DNA of 64,000 bases from Antedon mediterranea (GCF_964355755.1 NC_092672.1:3658001-3722000); one strand, 5' to 3'; counted from the first letter of the stretch, positions 1-12,198 are shown. Notes: generated by a model not told the origin, from the letters alone. A program made the numbers and translations.

Positions 1-1035
1 TTGTTTAAAAAAAGGTATAATTTTGACAAATGTTTGAACTTTTTCCTCAAAAACGCACATAAATTATCCAATTCGACGTGCCCGTATGACGTAATTTGAA
101 GTCGAAATTGTTTCAAAGTTGGTAAAATTACTATAAAAGGCTTGAAAACATAAATCACGAGAGAAAAATGGTTTTCAACGCTACGTTCGCACCGCGCGCG
201 TAAAAAAAAGCGCGCGCGTGGGAATTTTTTACATGCTTAAAATGACATGAAACACGTAGAAAGTTGATTAGAAATTGATTTTTCGCATTTTGAATTTTAA
301 ATTAGCGTGCGCGCGTAACTTTGTGTAAAACACGCAATTTTTTATCCACAGAAAGTTAGCGCATGATATAAATTAAACTTTTGCTAAGTTTCAATTTAAA
401 TTGTTATATGGTTTTAAATCTATGTTAAATACGCGAAATTCATAAAATTGTGCGTAAGTCACGTTGCGCATTTCTGACGTCATTCACAATAGGAGGTGCA
501 CAACTTCACGTGAATGCCCATATGTTGACAAAGTTATGAAATGTTATGTTTACACGTTTTTTAGATACGCGAGACACAAAAATAGAGGAGAAATGCGCGT
601 GCGCGCGTAACGTCTTGTAAAACATGCCATTTTTAATCCACAAAAAGTTTTCCCTTGATGTGACTTAAATTTTCACAAAGTGTCAAAACAAATTTATGCT
701 TGGTTTTTAGTCTATGATCAATCATAAAAAATCATAAAATCGCACGTAAGTCACGTTGCGCAACTCTGACGTCATTCAAAAATAGGAGGTGCACAACTTC
801 ACGTAAATGCCCATATGTTGACAAAGTAATGAAATGTTATGTTTACAAGTTTTTGAGATACGCGAGACACAAAAATGAGGGAGAAAGAAATAAGAAAAAA
901 AAAAAAAAAAAGTAACAGGACGATTACAAGCAGTTATCCGCTACTAAGCGGATAACTAATAATACAGAAAAAAACTGTTGATCTCATACAATAACAAGGA
1001 GTTATCCGCTTGGTATACCAAGCGGATAACTAATT
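1..1035 (-). mobile_element. Helentron/DINE-1-like non-autonomous composite (5' ends of elements A and B plus B body), truncated by window edge
   Basis: The reverse complement of 870-1035 matches 1750-1872 joined directly to 3106 onward. It has two AGTTATCCGC..GCGGATAACT 5' hairpins (932-957, 1000-1032) and an internal ~295-bp tandem duplication (~305-595 vs ~597-885). Confidence 0.75.
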
Positions 1036-1823
1036 ATTATTTCAATTTTTATATGCTACTCACGGTTTTTAACGGTGACGTCATCTGCTATCTGGTAGAG
1101 TGAACAGTTTCCTTAACTCAATCGTCTTGGTTCACAGCTTTGCTTTATTCTTTACAGCTTCTTCTGATTGGACAATGATAATGCAGTGTACCACTCATGC
1201 GTCGATGATATTACACTTTCGGTGTTGAGTCCCACTATTTAGGCAAAGCAAAACTTAGTCTGTAGTAAGTGATGAGCTACAGCAGCTTGCCATGAAAGCT
1301 GAGGAACGAATGAGCTAAATCACGAGTTATATCCAGGTATAGATAGACAAGGCGTTGTGCTGGTTACGAGCAAAATATGACCAAAGGTTACATTTATACC
1401 TGACGTAATATTGTTTGAATATAATAGATAATCACTCACTGAATAAATAACATGTTATCTTTTAGTAGGCCAAATGCACCATTGTATGACTGAGGCCTGC
1501 ACGCAGTCAGTTATATTGATCCCCCACTTCTATCCCATCACACAATCACAACTACAGTATATTCCTGGTGTTAGACTCAATTTGTTCAGTTTTACTTATT
1601 TGGAAGGAATAACATAGCACACATATAAGTATTTTAATCGAAAAACATCCAAATTTGTATTCATTTGTCTGCAAAACGTTGTAACAAAAGTAATAATGTA
1701 GATTGTTGTACAATAAATATATATTACTCGTACAGAAAGATGCATTTAATTAGTTATCCGCTTGGTATACCAAGCGGATAACTCCTTGTGATTGTATGAG
1801 ATCAACAGTTTTTTTCTGTATTA

Positions 1824-1924
1824 TTAGTTATCCGCTTAGTAGCGGATAACTCCTTGTAATCGTCCTGTTACTTTTTTTTTTTGGTTATCCGCTCTTGGCG
1901 GATAACCTCTTGTTATTGTCAGGA

Positions 1925-1958
<34 letters not shown>

Positions 1959-4621
1959 CTATGTTATTCTTCTTTCTTTCCCAAAATTTTGTGTCACGTG
2001 TATCTCAAATTCTGATCAACATTACATCGTATAACTTTGTCAGAAGATTTACCGCTATGTGTAGAAGTGCAGGACAGCTCGTTTTTTTACTTTAGAGTCG
2101 CGCAGCGTAAGCTACGCGCGATTTTATGAATTTCGCGTATTTAACATAGACTAAAAAGCAAAAGTCATTTTGTAATGACACTTAGTGAACATTTAAGTCA
2201 TATCAAGGGCAAACTTTCTATGGATTAAAAATGGCATGTTTGACATAAAGTTACGCGCGCACGCGCGTTTAAAATTTCAAATTGCGAAAAATCCATTTCT
2301 AATCAACTTTCTACGCGTTTCAGGTCATTTTAAGCATTTCAAAAATTCCCACGCGTGCGCATATTTTTTACGCGCGCGTGCGCACGTAGCGCAAAAACAT
2401 CTTTTTTTTGCTTGATTTTTGTTTTTTCAGCCTTTTCTAGTAAATTTACCAATTTTCAATCAATTTTGACTTAAAATCACGTCATACGAGCACGTAGAAT
2501 TGAACAATTTGCGCGCGTTTTTGAAGAAAAAGTTCAAAAATTCGTCAAAATTATGCCTTTTTTAAAACAGTCATAGATTGTAAACTACGAGGAGAATTTT
2601 TTTTAAATTACACATTCTGGAAGATAATGAGTTGTAGATATCGAATCATGCATCGATATGGCTAACCGGACATTGTGACGTCATCGTTTGGCCACTCGAA
2701 TATGAAATATAGGATTTTTGTCTCTTTCGTCATAGCTCGTCACATTTAATAGAGCGCATCTCCACTTATCCGTATTCCATTTCCCTCAATTTTTTTATTT
2801 TGTCTAGGTCAATCAATTATCTTTCGCATGATTTACCATTTTTAAAATTGTTATGACGTCATCATGTCCAAAAGCGTCAATAACTTTAGTCACTTCTTTT
2901 CACCTATTCTGCACTGTATGTAGTACGTATACAGTATATAGTGTATACCGTATATACTCAGACGTGACGCAAAATGGAGGGCGCACTAACATTTTTTTCA
3001 ATGGCATAATCGTTTTTCTGCGCGCAATATTCCAACGTATGACGTGCACGTGGCTTTTGCGCTGCGGATAACCTAACTCGTCCGTAGTGACGAGTTCAAA
3101 TCTAGTTTTTCTTATTTCTTTCTCCCCCATTTTTGTGTCTCACGTATCTCAAAAACTTGTAAACATAACATTTCATAACTTTGTCAACATATGGGCATAT
3201 ACGTGAAGTTGTGCACCTCCTATTTTTGAATGACGTCAGAGTTGCGCAACGTGACTTACGCACGATTTTATGATTTTTTATGATTGACCATAGATTAAAA
3301 ACCAAGCGTAATTTTGTTTTGACACTTTGTGAAAATTTAAGTCATATCAAGTGCAAATTTTCTATGGATTAAAAATGGCATGTTTTACAAGAAGTTACGC
3401 GGGCACGCGCATTTAAAATTTCAAAATGCGCAAAATTAATTTCTAATCAACTTTCTACGCTGATCATGACATTTTGAGCATGTCAAAAATTCCCACGCGC
3501 GCGAAAAAATTTACGCGTAAGGGGCGCACGGAGTATGAAAACCATGTTTTTTTTCTTGAATTTTGAGTGTCCAGCCTTTCGTAGTCATTTTAAACAAGAT
3601 TGACATCATTTCAAGTTAAAATGACGTCATACGTACACGTTGATTTAGACCATTTGCATGCGTTTTAGTTGCAAAAGTGACAAAATATTGTCAAAATTAT
3701 GCCTATTTTGAATCTATTATAGCTCGTCAGGATCAAAGGTGACCCCAATTTGTTTTAACTTATTATGCAAGAAGATAAATTGTAGATATAAATTCATGCA
3801 GAATTTTTACCTCTCGGAAGTTATGACGTCATCGTATGGCCACACGAATGTAAAAAATAGGATTTTTGTCTCTTTCGTTATTGCTCACCACATTCAATGG
3901 ACCGCATCACGCTTATCCGTTTTCCATTTTCACCCCGATTTTGATATTGTCTAGGTCAATCAACTATCTTTCGCATGAGTTAAAAATATTTTAATTTTTA
4001 TGACGTCATCATGCCAAAAAAATTAAATTACGTGTAGCATTAATTCCATCTTTACAGTAAATTTTAATCTGTTATAGCTCGTAAGAATAAAATGTGATAA
4101 TAACGATTAAAACGTTTTCTAGTAGCTATTAGATTGTAGATAGGAAATCATGTGAAAATTTTGCCAATCGGATGTTGTGACGTCATCATATGACCAGTTA
4201 AATAAAAAATCGTATTTTCATCTTTTGCGTCATAATTCATTACATTTCAAAAAGCGCGCATCAATATTTTACGTATTTAAATTTTTTCTACACATTAATA
4301 TGTTGTTGCCGAGATAATTTCCTTCTGAAATTGCTATCTTAGTGTTTCATTTTGATACCGTCACCATGTTAAAAATTGGAATAAATGGCGGGTCTAGTCA
4401 TTTCACCTATTCTACACTGTATGTAATATGTATACAGATTATACTGTGTATACTATATGACACAAAATAACAGAATTCAGCAATAACAACATATCATATT
4501 CTTCAGGTCAGGTCATAAATGCCATAATCTTTTTCTGTGTGCAATATTCCAACGTATAAAGTGCACGTGGCGTTTGTGGTGCGGATAACTAACTCGTCAA
4601 AGTGACGAGTTACATGTCTAG
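1824..4621 (+). mobile_element. Helentron/HINE-like element B (nested in A)
   Basis: 5' hairpin agttatccgcttagtagcggataact at 1826 followed by poly-T. 3' gcggataact (4581-4590), actcgtcaaagtgacgagt hairpin, CTAG at 4621. Body resumes at 3106. Confidence 0.75.
1881..3105 (+). mobile_element. Helentron/HINE-like element C (nested in poly-T of B)
   Basis: 5' ggttatccgc pairs specifically with 3' gcggataacc (3064-3073), followed by hairpin actcgtc..gacgagt and CTAG at 3105. Absent from the inverted copy at 1-1035 (empty site). Confidence 0.8.
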
Positions 4622-6183
4622 TTCTTCTTTCCATCCTTCCTTTTTGTGGATCGCGTTTCTCTAAAATGTGTAAACATAACATTTCTTAACTTTGACAACA
4701 TATGGGCATTTACGTGAAGTTGTGCACCTCCTATTTTTGAATGACGTCATAGTTACGCAACGTGACTTACGCGCAATTTTATGAATTTCAATGATTGATC
4801 ATAGATTAAAAACCAAAAGTCATTTAGTATTGACACTTTGACAAAATTTAAGTCATATCAGGGGCAAACTTTCTACGGATTAAAAATGGCATGTTTCACA
4901 AGAAGTTACGCGCGCACGCGCATTTAAAATTTCAAAATGCGCAAAATTAATTTCTAATCAACTTTTTATGCGTTTCTTGTCATTTTGAGCATGTCAAAAA
5001 TTCCCACGGGCGCGCAATTTTTTACGCACGCGGTGCGCACGTAGCGTTAAAAACATATTTTTTTCTCTTGAATTATATTTTTCAAGCCTTTCCTAGTAAT
5101 TTTGAAAACAATTTAGACCTTTTCCAATTTAAATAACGCCATACGAACACGTTGAATTAAACATTTCATGCGCGTTTTTTATGAAAAAGCTTAAAAAATC
5201 ATCAAAATTTTGTCTTTTTTTAAACAGTCATAGTTTCTAAAGTAAACCGTGAACCGTTTATTTTTATTACAAAATCTAGAAGTTGATGAGTTGTAGATAA
5301 CGGATCATGCATCGATAAGGCTAAAAAAACATTGTGACGTCATCGTATGGCCACACGAATGTAAAATATAGGATTTTTGTCTCTTTCGTTATTGCTCATC
5401 ACATTCATTGGAGCGCATCACGCTTATCTGTATTCCTTTTTCTCCTACATTTATATATTGTGTAGGTCAATCAACTTTCTTTAGCATGAGATAAAAATAT
5501 TTTAATTTTTATGACGTCATCATGCCTAAAAATTTCAATTACGTGGGTCATTAATTTCATCTTTACAGTAAATTTTATTCTGTAATAGCTCGTAAGAATA
5601 AAATGTGATAATCACGATTAAAACGTTTTCTGGAAGCTATTGGATTGTAGATACGAATTCATGTAAACATTTTGCCAATCGGATGTTGTGACGTCATCAT
5701 ATGGCCAGTTGAATAAAAAAAGTCGTATTTTCATATTTTGCGTAATAGTTCATCACATTTAAAAGGGTGCGCATCTATATTTTACGTATTCAAATTTCTT
5801 CTACACGTTAATATGTTGTTCCCAAGATAATTTCCTTCTGAAATTGCTATCTAAGTGTTTCATTTTGATACCGTCGCCATGTTAAAAATTGGAATAAATG
5901 GCGGGTCCCGTAATTTCACCTATTCTACACTGTATGTAATATGTATACAGATTATACTGTAGTGTTTGCATGTATATACTATATGACACAAAATTGACAG
6001 AATTCAGCACTAACAGCATATCATATTCTTCAGTTCTTGTCATAATGCCATAATCTTTATCTGTGTGCAATATTCCAACGTATGACGTGCACGTGGCGTT
6101 TATCGTGGTGCGGATAACTAACTCGTCAAACTGACGAGTTTCATGTCTAGTTTACTCTACTTCGGGAAAAGAAGACTTTTAAT

Positions 6184-6460
6184 TAAAGATGTATTGTCCC
6201 CCTGAAAAATAATTTGTTACAATTTTTTTTGTTGAATATGCCATTTTAATGTCACATAATAGTTATTTACCTGAAAAATTTGGAATTTAAAGCAAAAAAT
6301 TGTCAAATTGGATTTTTGGTTGAATTTAACCATTTATCATGTTATTTAACATGTTGTTGTTTTTTTTTACGGAAGTGATTCACTTTATTAAACTACAAAA
6401 TTACCTATTCAAAGTCTGATTTAATTAATCTTCATTTTTCATGTTTAACCAAAAAAACAT
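6184..6460. mobile_element. TTAA-flanked (Kolobok-like) MITE fragment; related pieces at ~16560-16731, 47018-47290, 61095-61428, 62505-62750
   Basis: Recurrent terminus ttaa|agatgtattgtcccc and its reverse ggggacaatacatct|ttaa, with shared internal sequence. Superfamily inferred from TTAA target and RR terminus. Confidence 0.5.
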
Positions 6461-7872
6461 GTATCAGGCGTAACAAATTGAGTGCGATAGTAGAAGTCAA
6501 TTATGATCCTAGATGTGTGATTTGTGTGGTGGGACAGAAGTGGGGGATCAATAGAACTGACTACGTGCAGCTTACAGACAAATTGATGCATTTGACCTAC
6601 TAAAAGATAACATGTTATTTATTCAGTGATTATCTATTTTATTCAAACAATATCACGTCAGGTATGAATGTCATACTTTGCTTGTGACCAGCACAGCGCC
6701 CTCTGTGTATCGGATATACCTGGATATACCTCGTGATTGAGCTCATATTCGACCGCCGAGTTTTGAATCACCACACAAATCACACATCTAGGATCATAAT
6801 TGACTTCTACTATCGCACTCAATTTGTTACGGTTACGTTTTTATTTTGACATTATCCAACTTTTGTATTCGTTTTTTCAGCAAACATTGTAACAAAAGTA
6901 GTTTGTTACAAAGATTAAAATTAATCGTACAAAACGATGCAATTAATTTTCTTAGGCCTACTTCATAAGAAAAGAAAGCAAAAAATAAAAACATGTTAAA
7001 AATTTTTTAGTGTATTTAAAAAAAATGTTTGACCGATTTTTATGGCTGTTTTTGCAACGCTCTACTTAATTAATAACCTACAACCTCATGTTATTTTTAA
7101 TTTGTAATTTCTTAAAACGTCGTCGGAAGGATTTTTTATACCATTAAAAATACCATTTAAAATCGTCCATATGGTTTAAGTATAGGCCTGTTTATAAACT
7201 CTTTAGATAGGGTTACAAAATCGTCTCTAACTTCTAATATTATTGTCCGATTACGATGGCTGTTTCACTATGCAATAACTGACCAATCAAGCTTTCTAAT
7301 AACCTAAAGTAATTTGATTGGTTCAGAGTGCTCGTCTGAACACCTCTTTCAATGAGACAGAGTGACTTGCCTTGACCGAAAAAGGATAGAAGAAAATTTC
7401 AAAAGTCATCGAACCATTCGCGAGTTCGTCTAGACTCTAAACTAAAATTGTATTTACTCTCCAGAACGACCAGTCCAAAACATTTTATTTTTGTACGAGA
7501 GATAAGAGTTGATTACTTTATATTTGTAATTTGTAAATATATTTTAGAATAAGGTTTGTGTTTTTATATATGAGTAGTTAAAAAACACTCGTGAGTTTTG
7601 CGGTATTTATTGATTCTTCCATTATAAAAGTAGGGAGGCAATGCTGGGCTAGTATACCTGATGTAAAACGTTGACTAATACCATAAATAAAGGTTTTTTT
7701 AAAAGTACTGTAATATTATTTATTCATATTTTTATGTATTATCCAAAGACAATTTACTATGCTACGAGTAACAGTGGCTGGATCTCAATTGAGATATAAC
7801 ACTGTGAAATACAAAACAATTGGCACAATTGACGCCGAACAATAGATTTAAGCCTCAACAAGCCTGGCACAC

Positions 7873-7895
7873 CATAGAGATATTATATCTCTATG
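7873..7895. mobile_element. Minimal P-element-like remnant (23-bp palindrome with 7-bp TSD)
   Basis: ggcacac|catagagatattatatctctatg|ggcacac: an exact 7-bp direct repeat flanking CATAGAGATA inverted ends. Confidence 0.55.
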
Positions 7896-8057
7896 GGCAC
7901 ACCCAATCCAACACATTTACTAACACCCCTATAAAAAATAATGGAATAGTCCTATATTCAATACATGCCGAAAACTCCAGTTAATCCATCAATTCATCTT
8001 GTACGTCTCTCTACTTTGATTTATTAGGGTTTAGCCAAAATGCAATAGGTAATAAAT

Positions 8058-8455
8058 ATCACGTACGTACGTAATAATCAACACGTACGTACGTATTATT
8101 ATTATATTAACACGTACGTACGTATTAAATAAATATTACGTACGTAATTACGTACGTACGTGTTGATTATTACGTACGTACGTGTTGATTATTACGTACG
8201 TACGTAATAATAATAATAATACGTACGTACGTGTTATTTAATACGTACGTACGTGTTAATATTACGTACGTAATAATAATAATGCGTACGTACCTATTAT
8301 TATTACGTAAGTACGTACTATATTAACACGACGTACGTATTAAATAAATATTGCGTACGTACGTGTTATTTATTACGTACGTACGTGTTGATTATTACGT
8401 ACGTACGTAATATTAACATGTACGTACGTATTAAATAACATGTACGTACGTGATA
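8058..8455. repeat. Low-complexity (TACG)n / AT-spacer palindromic satellite
   Basis: About 20 acgtacgtacgt-type blocks separated by taataat/attatta/ttaacac spacers in both orientations. Confidence 0.85.
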
Positions 8456-8810
8456 TTAATTTTTTCGTGCCGCGGCTCTCGCCAGCTATGTCTCAGGAGG
8501 ACACATTCATTAATAAGCTGTTTCATAGCGGTAGCATTTTTTTTATTTATTCAGGTATAAAACACATATATACAAAACAGCAGCCATTGGCTGATGATAA
8601 CGTTTGATTACAATCAATAAACAAATTTAAAGTAAAAGAGGCACAATTTTGCGAATTTGGAAACTCGACTATAATTTATAGGTAGCTGCTGGACCCAAAA
8701 AACGTCTGGGAGAAGAGAGTCTATGAAAGCCTTTGCTGATAATACAGTATTATTGAGATGCAGGTAGACAGAAATCTGTAAAATCTTGTTCGATAAATAA
8801 TAACTTCGTT

Positions 8811-9780
8811 TTTATTTTATTTTATTTTATTTTATTTTATTCAATTTCCAGGTAACATACAAAAATCATAAACAAGGTACGGCATCATTCAACAAAACAG
8901 AACAAATTAAGTACTATCAGCACCTGCGGGTAACCAAAAGTGGATCAGTTCAAAAGAACTGCACTGTCGAGTGGCTTTCCCAACTAATAGTACGAAAAAC
9001 GCAATAGACATAAAAACACATTGATAGTCTAGATGAATTCGATATCAGTAATACATTTTTTTCAAATCCCTTCTAAACCCCCCCAAAGTTAAACAGGACT
9101 TTGTTACGAACTTCATGCGGGATACATTCCCATATTCGAGGGAAATTAACAAACAGGGAGTATTTAAATGCATTAGTTCTAGCATACATGTGTTTAAAGG
9201 TGAGGGACTTCGTTTTTGCTGTCAACCAGGCCGGTATTATAATAATTCACTGTCAAATAATCATTCGTTGTCAAAACTTTATTTTGTTGGCTCTGTCAAC
9301 ATAAAGGGAGGTATTTACAATGACTTTCTTTTGACTGTCAATCTAGGCCAATGTTATAATAATACGCCGTCTCAGATATTAAATCATTGAAACAGTCTTG
9401 GTAAAATTTTTTCTTGGTTATCAGATGCCGTGGGGGTCCAATCAATTATCGTCAGAAAGTGAACAATCAGTCTAGGTAGCAGCAGCAGAGTATATTAGGA
9501 ACGCCTGCTCCATAATTAATCCAGAAAAAGGTTTGTACATTATCTATTTGTTTGTTAGCCTTCTCCAAACACAATTATATATTTTGTTTAAATAGGTTTT
9601 ATAAGTGGTTTTTCAACATTTATGATAGTAATGACACAGTTGTATCTGGACGCAAGTTCATAGACCTACTAGTTATATTATTCATATTAACTGATACTAT
9701 ACTCTTCATTTACCGTAGTTCAGTTTTAATGAAATATATAATATAAATTGGCTTCGTAACAATTAAGTAGTGTTGAAAAG
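8811..9780 (-). mobile_element. 5'-truncated degenerate LINE (L2/CR1-type) 3' fragment
   Basis: Minus strand near 9070-9200 translates to FKHMYARTNAFKYSLFVNFPRIWECIP, resembling the RTxxFKYSFFPRxxxxWNxLP C-terminus of L2/CR1 ORF2. (AATAA)n tail at 8811-8840. Upstream frame is broken. Confidence 0.6.
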
Positions 9781-9833
9781 GTTAGTTTTTTTGGTGATAG
9801 GTGAAAATGACATGTAACTTCGTAATCAATTTA

Positions 9834-9874
9834 TTTATTACCTCCGCCAAGGAGGTTATGTTTTCACCCCTGTA

Positions 9875-9905
<31 letters not shown>

Positions 9906-10453
9906 TTGTGTTTTTGTGTGTGTGTCTGTGAACAGCCTGGAGGCCACAGTTTTTATCCGATTCTAACCAAATTTGGACACAATGATCTATGCCCAAAAAG
10001 CTCGGACGAGTTCGAATTTGAGGGGGAAAGGTCATAGGTCAAGGTCACAACTAACAAAAAACTATTTTACTGCCTAGAGACCACAGTTTTGATCCGATTC
10101 TCACCAAACTTAGCCACAATGATCAATGACACATCATATAATTGTGGTTAAATTTTGAAGGGTCAGGGTCAAAGATCAAGGTCCACAAAAAAAAAAAAAA
10201 AAAAAAAAGAAATAACAAAATAATAAAAAAAAAACCCCTCAGTGGGACTTGAACCAGCGATCTCAACTGTGAGAGGCTGGACACATAACCATTACACCAC
10301 ACTATCATCCACAACTTTGTAGTGTGCAGTTAACATATTTACACTTAGAACTAATAAAAAAAAAATGTAAAAAAAAAAATATTCAGGGGGCATTTTATGT
10401 AGGGGAATTTTACAGTAGGCGGAGGTTTGTACTCTCGGAGTACCCTCTATAGT
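9834..10453 (+). mobile_element. DINE-1/HINE-like (Helentron-associated) non-autonomous element
   Basis: 5' ttattacctccgccaaggaggt subTIR and short IR, (TG)n microsatellite 9875-9930, two ~120-bp core repeats, 3' subTIR ggcggaggt (10418-10426), stem-loop gtactctcggagtac, ends in tag|ttt. Confidence 0.75.
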
Positions 10454-10559
10454 TTTGTATATACTTTCGTTCAAAATGAAACTCCAACCTCTCTAATCAA
10501 AAGATTAAACTCGAAAACGGACCGTTTTATTGAATTGTGTATGTTGAAACATTTCAATA

Positions 10560-11530
10560 TTCATTTAAAAAAGTACATTAATTATGGCATTATCAGTGGC
10601 TATAGAGGCGTAAAAACCCTACAGTCAATATCATGTAAAATGCACCGTGGAAAGGGTCATTATTAAAACTGCAAAATTGGGCTTATCAACAAATAAATCT
10701 TTCATTCAAAATGTAAAATCAAGGCTGGAAAATTGGGCTTATCAACAAAAAAATATTTTGTTATTAGACACGATAACATCAATGACCGTAATATGGTTAG
10801 TTATTAATAATAATTAGTGTTATTTTAATGAACAATGATCATGATTATACTCGCCATTTTAATTAAGAACGGCTTGAAATAGGTACATTATGATTGTGTA
10901 TAAAAATACTGTTACTAGTTTTATTCTACATGCTGAAGTAAATAAAAATCCACTAGAAAACAAGCAAGTCTGAATGTTATATGCTTATTAGCCATGTTAT
11001 GTTACTGTAGGCCTATGATTGTTGGCAATGTCCACATATTATTTCCGTGGGCATATTCATAGTGTATCACTCACAAAAAAGACGTGTGAGGTTCTTTAGA
11101 TTTTGAAGAATGATTTGTGTTGACACTCGAGTCAAATGCTCAAGATATCGGCTAACGCCATGGGACCCTTGGCTTATCCATGAATAATAAATATAGTACT
11201 TTCGTTCAATTGAATCGGAATCTGACAGTTTTATTAAATAATATAATTAAACATATAATAATTCATTAAAAAGGTACAATAAAAACAAATGCATCAGAGG
11301 CGTAAAGAACCCTACGGTCAATATCATGTAAAATGTATATGGTATAAGCACTGTGGAAGGGGTCATTATTATTAAACTGGAAAATTGGGCTTATCAACAA
11401 ATAAATACTTTCGTTGAAAATGTAAAACTAAGACCGGAAAATTGGGCTTATCAACAAATAAAAATAATACTTTTTTTCAAAATGTAAAATTAAGACTGGA
11501 AACAAATAAATACTTCCGTTCAAAATGTAA
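10560..11530 (+). repeat. Local duplicated segment with ~55-bp tandem unit (ggaaaattgggcttatcaacaaataaa...)
   Basis: 10560-10750 is similar to 11260-11530. The unit occurs at ~10673, 10727, 11379 and 11436, with a partial copy at 11498. Confidence 0.6.
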
Positions 11531-12198
11531 GAAAAACATTTTTGAAATATTGACATGCTAATCTGTCTATACTATCAAACTAATTATGATGTGCCCATAT
11601 TATATAGACATGAAGATGTCATATCACTACGATATTCGGGCATATCACTACCATATTTGGGCACATCACACTTTTTTTTTAAAACTCGTTGATGTGATCA
11701 AAATATAAGTCGGAATTATACTGACGCGATTGATTTAATTGGGTATGTTTATTAATATAATATAATTCATTAAAAACTATAATACAATCCGATACGCGTT
11801 ATGGTATTGATCAATGGTGCAAAAAAACCCTGAGAAATAATGTTATAACGCGATTTGGTGATAGCTTACCCATATACTATTATTATAAATACTTATTAAA
11901 AATCCATTCATATAACTTTTCATCGCGAACCGAAAATGACTAAATGTTCTTCTAGAGACAGTAATTATAATTATATTCAAAAGCCATATTATTATTATTA
12001 TCAATACATGCGATCTACATTAAGTAATAACCACATAAACATACATTATTCCCAATACAAGTTTGTGCGTTTAATTCTAGAAAGAAACGACTGTGCTGAC
12101 AGGCCAATGATATAAATCACAAGTAAAGTCCCAATTGTTCACTTGCGTTTTGATTGGCCGACCTATTATATTAGATTAATGAAGCCTACTGTTCTTAC

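Larger units (their letters stand above)
1750..6150 (+). mobile_element. Helentron/HINE-like element A (outermost of triple nest)
   Basis: 5' hairpin agttatccgcttggtataccaagcggataact at 1752. 3' subterminal IR gcggataact (6110-6119), then stem-loop actcgtcaaactgacgagt and CTAG end at 6150 in a T context. No TSD. Body resumes at 4622. Confidence 0.75.

Noticed and set aside
930-1910. Repeated GCGGATAAC palindromes resembling lac operator or CRISPR repeats
   Set aside because: Explained as 5' subterminal hairpins of Helentron-like elements, with matching 3' ends downstream.
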